Below, one piece after another: positions 1 to 8,839 of a stretch of 42,287 bases of DNA. The notes beneath the pieces were generated by a model. That model was not told the origin of the DNA. It saw only the letters and a list, made by a program, of their open reading frames with translations, and made no database searches. The translations under genes were made by a program, and so were the position numbers. This stretch comes from Planctomycetota bacterium (GTDB lineage: Bacteria > Planctomycetota > Phycisphaerae > Sedimentisphaerales > SM23-30), in assembly GCA_022705365.1 (NCBI GenBank), contig JAKJEP010000001.1, positions 22,683 through 64,969 of the forward strand. Reading direction: 5' to 3'. The number at the start of each line of letters is the position of its first letter. Within the stretch, counting starts at the first letter, position 1.

Positions 1-1
1 T

Positions 2-619
2 ATCCTCTGCAATCCCAACGCCCCCTCCGGTTCGCTCGTGGATCTGGACGCCGTTGCCGACCTGGCCCGCAGCCTCCGCGGCGTCCTCCTCATCGATGAG
101 GCCTACGTGGACTTCTCCGAACGAAATTGCCTGCCCCTCCTGAAAAACTTCGACAATATCGCCATCCTCCGCACCCTCAGCAAGGGCTATTCTCTCGCCG
201 GCCTCCGCTTCGGATTCGTCATCGCCTCCCCCCGCATCATCGAGGCCATCTTCAAGGTCAAAGACTCCTATAACGTCAACGCCGTAACCCAGGTCGCCGC
301 CCAGGCCGCCTTCGCCGATCAGGATTACTTCCGCGAAAACGTCCGCAAGGTAGTCGCCGAACGCCGGCGTCTTACCGACGCCCTCCGCGGCCTCGGTTTC
401 CGCGTCCCGGACAGCCAGACCAACTTCGTCCTCGCCCAGATCAGTTCCCCGCCCGCCCGGCAAGTGTACGAATTACTACAGCAGCGGCAGATATTTGTAC
501 GATATTTTGATTATGAAGGCCTAAAAGACAAATTACGGATTAGCATCGGCACCCCTCAGCAGGACGATGCTCTGCTGGCCGCCTTACAGGAAATCGTAAG
601 TCAGGAGTCAAAATTATGA
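2..619 (+). CDS. hisC: histidinol-phosphate aminotransferase, C-terminal ~205 aa (5' end lies outside the window)
   Basis: The frame is open from the window edge. It reads ILCNPNAPSGS (aminotransferase class I/II N-P-N-x-P-[ST]-G motif), LLIDEAYVDF and RTLSKGYSLAGLRFG (PLP-lysine SK motif). The stop overlaps the hisB start (ATGA at 616-619). Confidence 0.9.
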   Translation: MLCNPNAPSGSLVDLDAVADLARSLRGVLLIDEAYVDFSERNCLPLLKNFDNIAILRTLSKGYSLAGLRFGFVIASPRIIEAIFKVKDSYNVNAVTQVAAQAAFADQDYFRENVRKVVAERRRLTDALRGLGFRVPDSQTNFVLAQISSPPARQVYELLQQRQIFVRYFDYEGLKDKLRISIGTPQQDDALLAALQEIVSQESKL

Positions 620-1206
620 CCGACCGAATTAAAACCATTGAGCGGATCACCAAAGAAACCCGGATCCAGCTCGAACTCAACCTCGACGGCTCCGGCCGCT
701 ACGAAATCGCCACCGGTAGCGGCTTCTTCGACCACATGCTCAGCCACCTCGCCCGCCACGGCCTCTTCAACCTCACCCTCAAAGCCCAGGGCGATCTCCA
801 TGTGGATGCCCACCACACCGTCGAGGATGTCGCCATCTGTCTCGGCCAGGCCCTCGACCAGGCCCTCGGCGACAAAAAAGGCATCGTCCGGTTCGGTTCC
901 GCCGTCGTCCCGATGGAGGACAGCCTAGCCCAGGTTGCCATCGATATCTGCGGCCGCCCCTCCTGCGTCTATAACGTCAACTACACCGCCGACAAAATCG
1001 GTGACTTCGACGTCGAGCTGGTCTCCGAGTTCATGCGCAGCTTCGCCAACAACGCCCGCATGAACCTCCACATCAACGTCCCCTACGGCAGCAACAATCA
1101 CCACATCGCCGAGGCCATCTTCAAGGCCCTGGGCCGCAGCCTGGCCGTTGCCGTCGCCCGCGACGCCCGCTGCCCGGACATCCCCAGCACCAAGGGGATC
1201 CTCTAA
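616..1206 (+). CDS. hisB: imidazoleglycerol-phosphate dehydratase (monofunctional)
   Basis: 196-aa ORF with the hallmark His-rich motifs of IGPD: GSGFFDHMLSHLARHG, DLHVDAHHTVEDVAI, NNHHIAEAIFKALGRSL. There is no fused N-terminal phosphatase domain. The start overlaps the hisC stop. Confidence 0.95.
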   Translation: MTDRIKTIERITKETRIQLELNLDGSGRYEIATGSGFFDHMLSHLARHGLFNLTLKAQGDLHVDAHHTVEDVAICLGQALDQALGDKKGIVRFGSAVVPMEDSLAQVAIDICGRPSCVYNVNYTADKIGDFDVELVSEFMRSFANNARMNLHINVPYGSNNHHIAEAIFKALGRSLAVAVARDARCPDIPSTKGIL

Positions 1207-1211
1207 CCGCC

Positions 1212-1901
1212 ATGAACGCCCTCCCCGCGGATATCCAGGCCCTGGTCTTCGACCTCGATGACACCCTCTATCCGGAAATCCACTACGTCCGCAGCGGTTT
1301 TCGCGTCATCGCCGCCCGCCTGGCCGCGCCGGACCACGACGCCGATTCTATTTTTCAACTTCTCTGCCAGGCCTTCGAATCCGGCCCCCGCGACCGCGTT
1401 TTTAATACCGTCCTCCAAAAACTGGGCCTTAGCGACGATCCCCAGCTCATCGCCGAACTGGTTAGCCTCTATCGCACCCATCGGCCCGACCTCCAACTGG
1501 ACAACTCCACCCGCCGGCTGCTGACCGACCTCAAAAAAAACTATACCCTCGGCCTCCTGACCGACGGCTACCTGCCCGCCCAGCCGCTCAAGGTCGAAGC
1601 CCTCCAGCTCCAGAAATACATCCCGCACATCCTCTACACCGAAGAGCTGGGCCGCCAGTTCTGGAAACCCTCTCCCGTTCCCTTTGAAAAAATGACCGAA
1701 CTGCTCCGCTGCCCGCCCGCCCAAACCGTCTATATCGCCGACAACCCCGCCAAAGACTTCCTCGCCCCGCGCCGGCTCGGCTGGTTCACCGTTCGCCTCC
1801 AGCACTCCGGCCAACTCCACCAAAACCTAACTCCCGCTCCCGACTCCCTACCCCATTTCACCATTTCCTCCCTCACCGACCTCCCTTCCCTCCTACCTTA
1901 A
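1212..1901 (+). CDS. HAD-superfamily hydrolase (subfamily IA-like); candidate phosphatase
   Basis: 229 aa. HAD motif I FDLDDTLY (DxDxT), motif II LGLLTDG, motif III Lys in FWKPSP, motif IV YIADNPAKD. It starts 5 nt after the hisB stop. Confidence 0.8.
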   Translation: MNALPADIQALVFDLDDTLYPEIHYVRSGFRVIAARLAAPDHDADSIFQLLCQAFESGPRDRVFNTVLQKLGLSDDPQLIAELVSLYRTHRPDLQLDNSTRRLLTDLKKNYTLGLLTDGYLPAQPLKVEALQLQKYIPHILYTEELGRQFWKPSPVPFEKMTELLRCPPAQTVYIADNPAKDFLAPRRLGWFTVRLQHSGQLHQNLTPAPDSLPHFTISSLTDLPSLLP

Positions 1902-3835
1902 TTAGCTTTTTCAACTTGAGTAATATGAATCATGGCGCCGTCAATATTTTTTATCTTGTTGACAACAGAGCTGGGGAGTCGATTCACAGCAAACACGTAA
2001 ATTGGTATGGTTGGCGGCAAATCATTGGCCAGACAATTCAATTGTATTTGTTCTCTTTCCATATCCAGTTCCAACGATCTTTTCTTAAAACGAACCGCCA
2101 ATACATAACAAGGCTTGTCCGCCAAATGAGTGACTCGTTTGCGAACCAGATAGGCTTCCGTCAGTTCGGGATAATAGGAAAGAACTTTTCGAATATCTTC
2201 TTTATCTGTTTTGGAAAGATCCGCCTCGGAAAATTCGTCACCGGCCCGTAATTTACTACGTTCTGTATTTGCTGCTTTCTGGCTTAGCAGGTGTTGATCC
2301 TTTCGTTCCATAATCCTGACCAGCGACTTTTCATCTCCTCTTTGTTCATAAAATTTTGCCAGAAGCAGCAAGCCCGGCATCATGGCGTCCGAATCATTTT
2401 CAAGGGCTTTCTCTATAAAAGCAACACCTTCCGCTTTATTTTGTCGTAACTCTTTTTCACCCAAAATATAATTGGCTTGGGCATGATTCGGAAAATGTTG
2501 TAAAAATTCATAGATGGCAAAACAGGACTGTTCTTTATCGATATATCGGTAGCGATAATGAGCCCAGTCCCAGTAATCGGATTCGGACAGGGTATCATCT
2601 ATTTTTTTTGTATCGAGCAGTTCATATTTTCCCCGGGCCTTCTTGGCTTCCTGATGCCTCATTCTCCATTCCGCGATATGCACCGCCTTTAACGCTCGAT
2701 TATAGTGATCCCGGTAATGAGCCAGGCAGGACTCGGTTAATAACGTGGATGCCCGCCTTGTTTCTGTTTCTTTACCTTCCGATAAAATGGCCAACACTTC
2801 TTCCGGTTCGGGAATTTCATATCCCAGGGATATCAGTCGTTCCCGCAGTGACGGATGCGTTTCATAAGGTAAGGAGATTTTCGACAATGCTTTTTTCACT
2901 GCGTCCAGCAAATTCCTGTCATCGAGTGCACCCAGAAAACGTACCACTCGTTTGAAAGAATCCTTGGGCGGCAATGGTTCATCATGGGCTTCATGAAAAT
3001 AACCGGGCCAAAATACTTCCTCCAGGGCCGTTGCCGCAACCCCAAATCGCAAATACTGGCGCAACACCGTCCGGCGGTCGGAAAGTTCCATCCCGAACCG
3101 GTCTGCTTCCAATTCGTGAGCTTTCTGCAATACCATGGTTCTCGCCAAAAGGTGAGGTTCATACCATGTAAAAAACCAGCGAAACAATCCTGCATGATGG
3201 AATTTATTTCTGAAGTTTTGCTCGTCTATTTTGGTAAGTCTCTCCCAAAACACCCATAAACGATACATCCAGCAATTGAAGTATCCGTGTTTACGGGATA
3301 AATGTCCCAGCTCATGGGCAATTACGGAGCGGATTTCTTCTACCGAAAACGCCTCCAAAGCCCATAAACCCACAATGAGATAATTCCGGCGCGGACCAAA
3401 AAGTCCAAACCGGGGGTGTTGACTGACGGACATATTGAAATCATTGGATAGATAAACCGTATGTATTGTGGGAGCATCTAACTGTTGTCGTACCTCTTGA
3501 ATTATTTGAAACAGTTCCGGCGCTTCGGGATTCCTTACGATATGCCCCTCCGGCTTTGGTAAGCGTATCCATTGGGCCCAGATCACCCCGCCGGCTACCG
3601 TGAATCCTATTACTGCCACAATTGCTAATGGTTCCGAAAAGGTTCCCTTCATTCCCATTCGATACAGAAAACAGGACGCAAGGATCGCCAGCCCTAAAAA
3701 GACGGCAGCCAAAAATATCGGGCAAAAAACTCCAAACAGAGCAAACCAGAATAACCGCCATCGATACCCCTCTGGATTCTGCTGATACAGGATTGCATGA
3801 CACTTTGCCTCCCTATGAAATTCATCTAATCGCAT
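1898..3835 (-). CDS. membrane-anchored M48-family zinc metallopeptidase with C-terminal TPR-like/unknown extension
   Basis: 645 aa. Two N-terminal hydrophobic helices (LFWFALFGVFCPIFLAAVFLGLAILASCFLY; LAIVAVIGFTVAGGVIWAQWI). HExxH is in VIAHELGHLSRKH (codons at 3302-3316) within an M48-like context (LIVGLWALEAFSVEEIRSVIAHELGH). It starts 6 nt after the upstream gene's stop. Confidence 0.85.
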   Translation of the reverse strand: MRLDEFHREAKCHAILYQQNPEGYRWRLFWFALFGVFCPIFLAAVFLGLAILASCFLYRMGMKGTFSEPLAIVAVIGFTVAGGVIWAQWIRLPKPEGHIVRNPEAPELFQIIQEVRQQLDAPTIHTVYLSNDFNMSVSQHPRFGLFGPRRNYLIVGLWALEAFSVEEIRSVIAHELGHLSRKHGYFNCWMYRLWVFWERLTKIDEQNFRNKFHHAGLFRWFFTWYEPHLLARTMVLQKAHELEADRFGMELSDRRTVLRQYLRFGVAATALEEVFWPGYFHEAHDEPLPPKDSFKRVVRFLGALDDRNLLDAVKKALSKISLPYETHPSLRERLISLGYEIPEPEEVLAILSEGKETETRRASTLLTESCLAHYRDHYNRALKAVHIAEWRMRHQEAKKARGKYELLDTKKIDDTLSESDYWDWAHYRYRYIDKEQSCFAIYEFLQHFPNHAQANYILGEKELRQNKAEGVAFIEKALENDSDAMMPGLLLLAKFYEQRGDEKSLVRIMERKDQHLLSQKAANTERSKLRAGDEFSEADLSKTDKEDIRKVLSYYPELTEAYLVRKRVTHLADKPCYVLAVRFKKRSLELDMEREQIQLNCLANDLPPTIPIYVFAVNRLPSSVVNKIKNIDGAMIHITQVEKAN

Positions 3836-3841
3836 AAATCC

Positions 3842-6418
3842 TTACCGCGATTCTGCTAAGGCTTTTACAAAGTGATAAGGAAAGGTTTTATCGTAAAACA
3901 ATCGGCAGGCCAAATCCAGATACTCCTTTTGCTGTTCCGGAAAACGATACGCCATCGCCAGCAGGAGGATTCGCTTTTCTTCCACCTCCATCGCGAATCG
4001 CAGCAATTCCTTATGGTCGGCTGCCTCCCCCGTCTTCAGCGCCTCGCCGTAACGCCTCTGCTCATAGGATCCTTTCGCCAGCGATTCCACAATCGCGTCC
4101 AGATGGGCTTTTGCCTGTTCTTCCCGCCCTGCCCGTTTTTCGCCCACATATAGTAAGACATGGTCCTGCTGACTCAACGGTTCTTGCGTTTTGCTGATGG
4201 TTTCCGCCTTTTCCATATCCCCCTCTTCAATCGCCTGAATGATTTCATACGAACGGCTGCCCATGGCAATAAATGCCTGAATTGCTTCCGGATGCGAACC
4301 GGCTATGTACAACAGATAGTTATTCAAACTCTCTTTATCCTTTGTTTTTTGCTCATGATCAACAGTGCCATATATACCTTCCACATATTGATTGATTTCC
4401 TGTTTTGCCTCCTCCAGCCGGCCTGTTTGTGCCAGCAGGTATGCCTCCTGTAAAGCATATTGATTCATTTCCGGATTTTGTTCCCGTAATTCGCGTATCA
4501 TTTTCAGTGCCGTATCCCATTCTTGGCAGGCCGCCAGAGCCTTTAACAAATAGTGCTGATAATCCTGATTGTCCGGCTCCAGCTTACAAGCCTGCCGAAT
4601 ATAGGAAAGAGACCTCTGGTATTCCGCCTGGCTCATATAATGATAACAAAGCGCCACCAGCGCCTGCGGCAAGGGATCAGGTTCGCCGGCCGCCTGGCCA
4701 ATCAGACGAAGTTGCTCATCCGTATTATGTGTTACCCTGCCCGCCAGATACTGCAATATTTTATTATCCGGCTCCGTCGCCAGCAAAGCCATATATTCCG
4801 CCGCCAGTCCCTCATCTTCCCCCTGTTTCTCTTTCCAGTCCTGATACGCCCGGTGCCAGTGCATACATACCGGCCGCTGCTCCAGGAATGGTTTGGACAC
4901 CGTCCGGAATACCTCCGGCTCCCCCGTTTGGGATAGCAAATAGATTAGCGTAGGATCCTGCGGTGTAAACTTTAACCGCGCCTGAATGTACTGTTTCATT
5001 TTCTCTGTACCGGCGTACTCCAGATAAGCCGCCAAGCGGCTTTCGTACGATAGATCCCCGTCCTGTCCCAGCACATAAAGCCGCGTCCTGTGTTCGGATT
5101 TGTTACCCGAAAGTTTAATCGTACCGGGAAACCTTTCAAAAAGATAATTGACCTTCCCGAAGCAATACAGCGATTGGTTGGAAAAAAATTCGCAAACCGG
5201 TTCTTGGGAAGAGAAAACAGGCTGGTTATCCGGCACATAGAAAATTTTATCCTTGGCAAGAATCGCCACCTTGTCCGGATTCAATATATACGTTTTCTTC
5301 ACAAAGGGTCGTGTAAAAAAATTGGTTTTAATCGTCACCGACATCGGTTCCGGCAGCATATTCCCCTTGACCGGTTCCACCTCGATTAGCCCCTCTCCCG
5401 TTTTGATTCCCGTCGGCTGCAGCGGCATCAGCCGGTGTTCCTGGCCGTTCACCCGTACGGAATATTCTTCCGCCAGGCCGTTTACCAGATAAATCTTCCG
5501 GTTCTCACCGGTCCGGATGGCCGAAATCAGGTAAATCGAAATAACCGCCGCCAGAATCAGCAGCGGAATCTGCCGGGCCAACCGGCCGGAAAGATCCCGG
5601 CCGCCGCCTCCCCCTGCCGCCATGTCCAACTGCAACCACTTGGGTACCATTCTTTTCCCGCTCATCAGATGCTTCTTACTCTGCTTTTGCATCTTCCGAT
5701 AAATCTTTTCTTTCTCGATAAATGGAACCAGATTCCGGCACAGATCCAGTATTTCCAGTGCTCGTTGATGTTGGCCTATTCCCTGATAGGCACCGGCCAA
5801 ACGAATATAATGCGAAACCTTGTCAGGTATTCCTTTTTCCAGGATATGGGCCAAATGTGGCTCTGCGTTTTCCGGTTCCAGTTTTTGAATATAAACCTCC
5901 GCCAGATCCTCCCGTGCTTCCTCGTTCGCAGGATCAAATTGTTGAATTTCCAGAAAAGTTTGTTCCGCTTCCTCCAGAAAACCCAGCGCCATCTCCAGTT
6001 GCCCGATAGCCGAATACATCTCCGTATGATTCGGAAAACCTGCTTTTACCTCCTCCGCCAGTTCAAGAAAATTCTCCCGCTCCCGATATACCAGATGTTT
6101 CGCCAATGCCGCTTTGGCCAGTTCGGCATTCGTCGGGTCGGAATGGTATTTTTCCATCGCTTCCTGAATATCCTTGCCCTTTACCTCCTGCCATTTACCC
6201 GGGCTCAAAGCATAATGACGCTTGCAATGGGGACATTCATCAATCACCCGCCGTTTTTTCAGCGGAAAAATCGGGATAAAACAAAAGACAATATACATCG
6301 TCGTGTCATACGCCCGCAGCTTTCCCGCCTTGCCGCAGAACCGACAAATCCCATCATACGTTTCCAGATTTTGCTTACCATAATACCATGTCCCACAACC
6401 ATTTACAACATGCGGCAT
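3842..6418 (-). CDS. zinc-ribbon / TPR-repeat membrane protein, function unknown
   Basis: 858 aa. N-terminal Cys pairs GCGT..CRFCGK and ECPHCKRH flank a hydrophobic helix (MYIVFCFIPIFPL). A second TM helix is IPLLILAAVISIYLISAI. Helical TPR-like repeats lie before and after a central beta-rich region. GAGGA SD sits 8 nt upstream of the ATG. Confidence 0.8.
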   Translation of the reverse strand: MPHVVNGCGTWYYGKQNLETYDGICRFCGKAGKLRAYDTTMYIVFCFIPIFPLKKRRVIDECPHCKRHYALSPGKWQEVKGKDIQEAMEKYHSDPTNAELAKAALAKHLVYRERENFLELAEEVKAGFPNHTEMYSAIGQLEMALGFLEEAEQTFLEIQQFDPANEEAREDLAEVYIQKLEPENAEPHLAHILEKGIPDKVSHYIRLAGAYQGIGQHQRALEILDLCRNLVPFIEKEKIYRKMQKQSKKHLMSGKRMVPKWLQLDMAAGGGGGRDLSGRLARQIPLLILAAVISIYLISAIRTGENRKIYLVNGLAEEYSVRVNGQEHRLMPLQPTGIKTGEGLIEVEPVKGNMLPEPMSVTIKTNFFTRPFVKKTYILNPDKVAILAKDKIFYVPDNQPVFSSQEPVCEFFSNQSLYCFGKVNYLFERFPGTIKLSGNKSEHRTRLYVLGQDGDLSYESRLAAYLEYAGTEKMKQYIQARLKFTPQDPTLIYLLSQTGEPEVFRTVSKPFLEQRPVCMHWHRAYQDWKEKQGEDEGLAAEYMALLATEPDNKILQYLAGRVTHNTDEQLRLIGQAAGEPDPLPQALVALCYHYMSQAEYQRSLSYIRQACKLEPDNQDYQHYLLKALAACQEWDTALKMIRELREQNPEMNQYALQEAYLLAQTGRLEEAKQEINQYVEGIYGTVDHEQKTKDKESLNNYLLYIAGSHPEAIQAFIAMGSRSYEIIQAIEEGDMEKAETISKTQEPLSQQDHVLLYVGEKRAGREEQAKAHLDAIVESLAKGSYEQRRYGEALKTGEAADHKELLRFAMEVEEKRILLLAMAYRFPEQQKEYLDLACRLFYDKTFPYHFVKALAESR

Positions 6419-6655
6419 ATATATAATCCTCTACTGGATATCCAAAAAGACCCGTTATTACGAACAAAAACTCTCTAGATTATAAAGCCGAAACCATATA
6501 AAAAAAAGAAAAATATGACGCCAGCGTTATAAGCTCTTCGATCCCTTATTATGGGGGAGCCAGATCCGTTTTTGAATATCCATATCAACTTTTGGCGGTT
6601 CCGTTTCTTTTGGGAAGAATGTTGATTTTTCAATTCTGAAAAGGCATTTGCTGTA

Positions 6656-7645
6656 TTACTTGTTTTCCTTTTCTATCGATCTTGCCACCCGGAATCCGAT
6701 AAAATCCATGTTGGGCAGCCACCATTTGCTCTTGGGTATTTGCGGATCATCGGAGTGCCACCACATTTCTTCGAAATTTCTGGCCGCACAGCGCAGAGCC
6801 TCCGCCGTGCTGGTATAGTCGCCGCCGCGTGCCACATGGACTGTACCGCTTGCCGGCCCTTTGGGATTGATCGCCGGATTTTTTTTCGCCGCTTCCTGGT
6901 AGGCAGCGGGACTGTAGAAATCGTAAACCCACTCGTGCACATTCCCCAACATGTCATACAGTCCCCACGCATTGGGCTTTTTCCGGGCAACTTCATGCGG
7001 TTCACTCTTGGCATTGCCTTTATACCAGGTGAAATCGCCAAGCTGGTTGGGATCATTGCCGAAGCTGAAGGCCGTCGAGGTGTCCGCCCGGCAGGCATAT
7101 TCCCATTCGGCCTCGGTGGGCAGGCGATATTTCCTGCCCGTCTTTTTGGAAAGCCATTCACAGAAAAACATGGCATTCTGCCAGCTCATCCCGATGGCAG
7201 GGTGCTTTTCCCCATACCCCATCGTCATGTCACCGTAAACCGGGGTTGCACCGGTAATCGCATTCACACCATCCATGCCGCCTGCTTTGGTTTTTTCCCT
7301 GGCGAGCGCATCCTTATTCTCGCAGACGGTTTCCTGGTAATACCATAGAAAAAGATCCAGAGTAGCTTCGGTCGTGCAAAGGTAAAAGGCATCCAGTTTC
7401 ACCGGATACGGCGGCCCTTCATGATCTTGACGGCCTGCTTCACTGGGGGGACTGCCCATCAGGAAACTGCCGCCGGGAATAAAAACCATTTCGAAAGAAA
7501 TCGTTCGGCTGTCGCTGGTGGTAATCGTTTCTACATAGCTTTTAGGGAGTTGGCTGGCCGTATCAGCCGCAACGGTCACGTGAACCAGGGTCAACAAAGC
7601 CCCGGCCAACAGCCATCCTACCCTTATACGAATCTTTTGCCTCAT
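6656..7645 (-). CDS. formylglycine-generating-enzyme (FGE/SUMF1)-domain protein, exported
   Basis: The ORF is open to 7675. The ATG at 7645 has an AGGA SD and gives a typical signal peptide (MRQKIRIRVGWLLAGALLTLVHVTVAA). FGE-sulfatase domain motifs: GGSFLMGS, NAWGLYDMLGNVHEWVYD, VARGGDY, GFRVAR. Confidence 0.85.
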   Translation of the reverse strand: MRQKIRIRVGWLLAGALLTLVHVTVAADTASQLPKSYVETITTSDSRTISFEMVFIPGGSFLMGSPPSEAGRQDHEGPPYPVKLDAFYLCTTEATLDLFLWYYQETVCENKDALAREKTKAGGMDGVNAITGATPVYGDMTMGYGEKHPAIGMSWQNAMFFCEWLSKKTGRKYRLPTEAEWEYACRADTSTAFSFGNDPNQLGDFTWYKGNAKSEPHEVARKKPNAWGLYDMLGNVHEWVYDFYSPAAYQEAAKKNPAINPKGPASGTVHVARGGDYTSTAEALRCAARNFEEMWWHSDDPQIPKSKWWLPNMDFIGFRVARSIEKENK

Positions 7646-7687
7646 TAACGGATTCCTGCAAAAAACCAATACCATCCTGTAAGAATA

Positions 7688-8773
7688 TTATTCCTCTTCC
7701 TGTTTCGGTTCCTTCTTATCCAGGCGGTGATCCGCCGGTTTTACCCCTTTTTTATGGTTGTTCGTGCCGATCGAATTGGGTTCATACTTCCCCACAAAAT
7801 CAACCTTACTTTTGTCCGGGATTCGTTCCTCCATACCCAGGCACCAGTAACAGGCATTCACCAGCAGCCGGCGGAAACCCTCGTTTTTAAGATCGTCGCC
7901 ATGCCCCATGGTGGTCGTAAAAACACGGGCCGTTTTTCCCTGCCCGCCGGTATAAGTCTTCGTCCAGGCCACCGGCACTAATTGCTTTTCGGGATTCGGC
8001 TCGTCGGCGGGATTCATCCCCCGCAGCACCTGCCCCAGGATCAGCGGCTGGCTGTCGCCGCTCAGGGTGGTAATCGCATACACATCGGACGGCCCCCAGA
8101 TATCGGCCACGCCTTTCACGATCGGGTGTTTCTCCCTGCCTTTTGCCACAATCCCGCGTGTACTTTCTTTTTGATGAACGCCATAGTGATTGATCCAGGT
8201 CTCACCGAGAACGTTACGCCCGTACCCGCCTTCGAATTCCTTATCCTGGAAACTGTATTTGGCATAGGGACTGTCCTTGTGCTTTTCGTACCGGAACGCA
8301 TGCGTGGCGGTCCTCAATCCCAGGATGGGTTTGCCGGAATCAGTGTAATCGATGATATACTTCATCTGCTCGTCGGGCAGTTCGCGAAACCGGGTAAAAA
8401 TCACCATCAGGTTGGCCGTCTGGAGGGCTTCCAAACCGGGAATGTTATCAACCGTGATGGGGTCAATCTCACCCGTCTCTTTGTTGACCGCAAACAGGAC
8501 GGTACATTTGAAACCGTGGTGTACCGCCAGAATCCTGGCCAGTTGCGGCATGGACTCCTCGCAGCGGTATTCCTCATCACCGGTAACAAAAACAATATGC
8601 CTGCCCTGCCCCGGGCCTTCCTTGCCTTCAAAAACAACCAAAGGTTCCTCTGCCCTTGCTGGCACCCACGATAGAGAAGCCAGTCCCATAAACACCACTA
8701 CCCCCCTCTTTATCGCATGTATCCTCTGGTACACCTTCGCATCCTTTCCCTGCAAGAAAATACATTCCATCAT
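7688..8773 (-). CDS. ThuA-domain protein (trehalose-utilisation protein A-like), probably exported
   Basis: ~360 aa. ThuA-like core: HIVFVTGDEEYRCEESMPQLARILA...KCTVLF...NLMVIFTRFRELPDEQMKYI...WTKTY...RVFTTTMGH. The start is uncertain: ATG at 8773, GTG at 8695/8698 or ATG at 8689, all preceding MGLASLSWVPARA. Confidence 0.75.
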   Translation of the reverse strand: MMECIFLQGKDAKVYQRIHAIKRGVVVFMGLASLSWVPARAEEPLVVFEGKEGPGQGRHIVFVTGDEEYRCEESMPQLARILAVHHGFKCTVLFAVNKETGEIDPITVDNIPGLEALQTANLMVIFTRFRELPDEQMKYIIDYTDSGKPILGLRTATHAFRYEKHKDSPYAKYSFQDKEFEGGYGRNVLGETWINHYGVHQKESTRGIVAKGREKHPIVKGVADIWGPSDVYAITTLSGDSQPLILGQVLRGMNPADEPNPEKQLVPVAWTKTYTGGQGKTARVFTTTMGHGDDLKNEGFRRLLVNACYWCLGMEERIPDKSKVDFVGKYEPNSIGTNNHKKGVKPADHRLDKKEPKQEEE

Positions 8774-8839
8774 CAAACCAATGGTTCATCCGCCAGCCGC
8801 GGTGCTGTTTTTCAGCCGGCTCGGAGTATAAAAATCGGA

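Noticed and set aside
1898-6418. M48/TPR pair as an anti-phage defence system
   Set aside because: The low GC and the two-gene architecture made me consider it. However, there is no effector typical of defence systems (nuclease, NADase, pore-former, ATPase sensor) and no neighbouring defence genes. Envelope proteolysis is the more conservative reading.
5435-6478. 347-aa ORF on the + strand
   Set aside because: It is antisense to the zinc-ribbon/TPR gene. Its composition is implausible (Arg/Phe/Leu/Gln-rich) and it has no motifs, so I treat it as a shadow ORF. The many other 60-300-aa ORFs overlapping the his genes and the M48 and TPR genes were rejected for the same reason.
6479-6484. TATAAT hexamer (minus strand) 60 nt upstream of the TPR gene as its promoter -10
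   Set aside because: There is no convincing -35 at 16-18 nt, only a T-run, and the whole spacer is A/T-rich, so such hexamers occur by chance. I left it unannotated.
6656-7675. FGE-domain protein as evidence for a sulfated-polysaccharide locus
   Set aside because: No sulfatase gene (C/S-x-P-x-R motif protein) is present anywhere in the window. The FGE-sulfatase fold is widely used for other functions.
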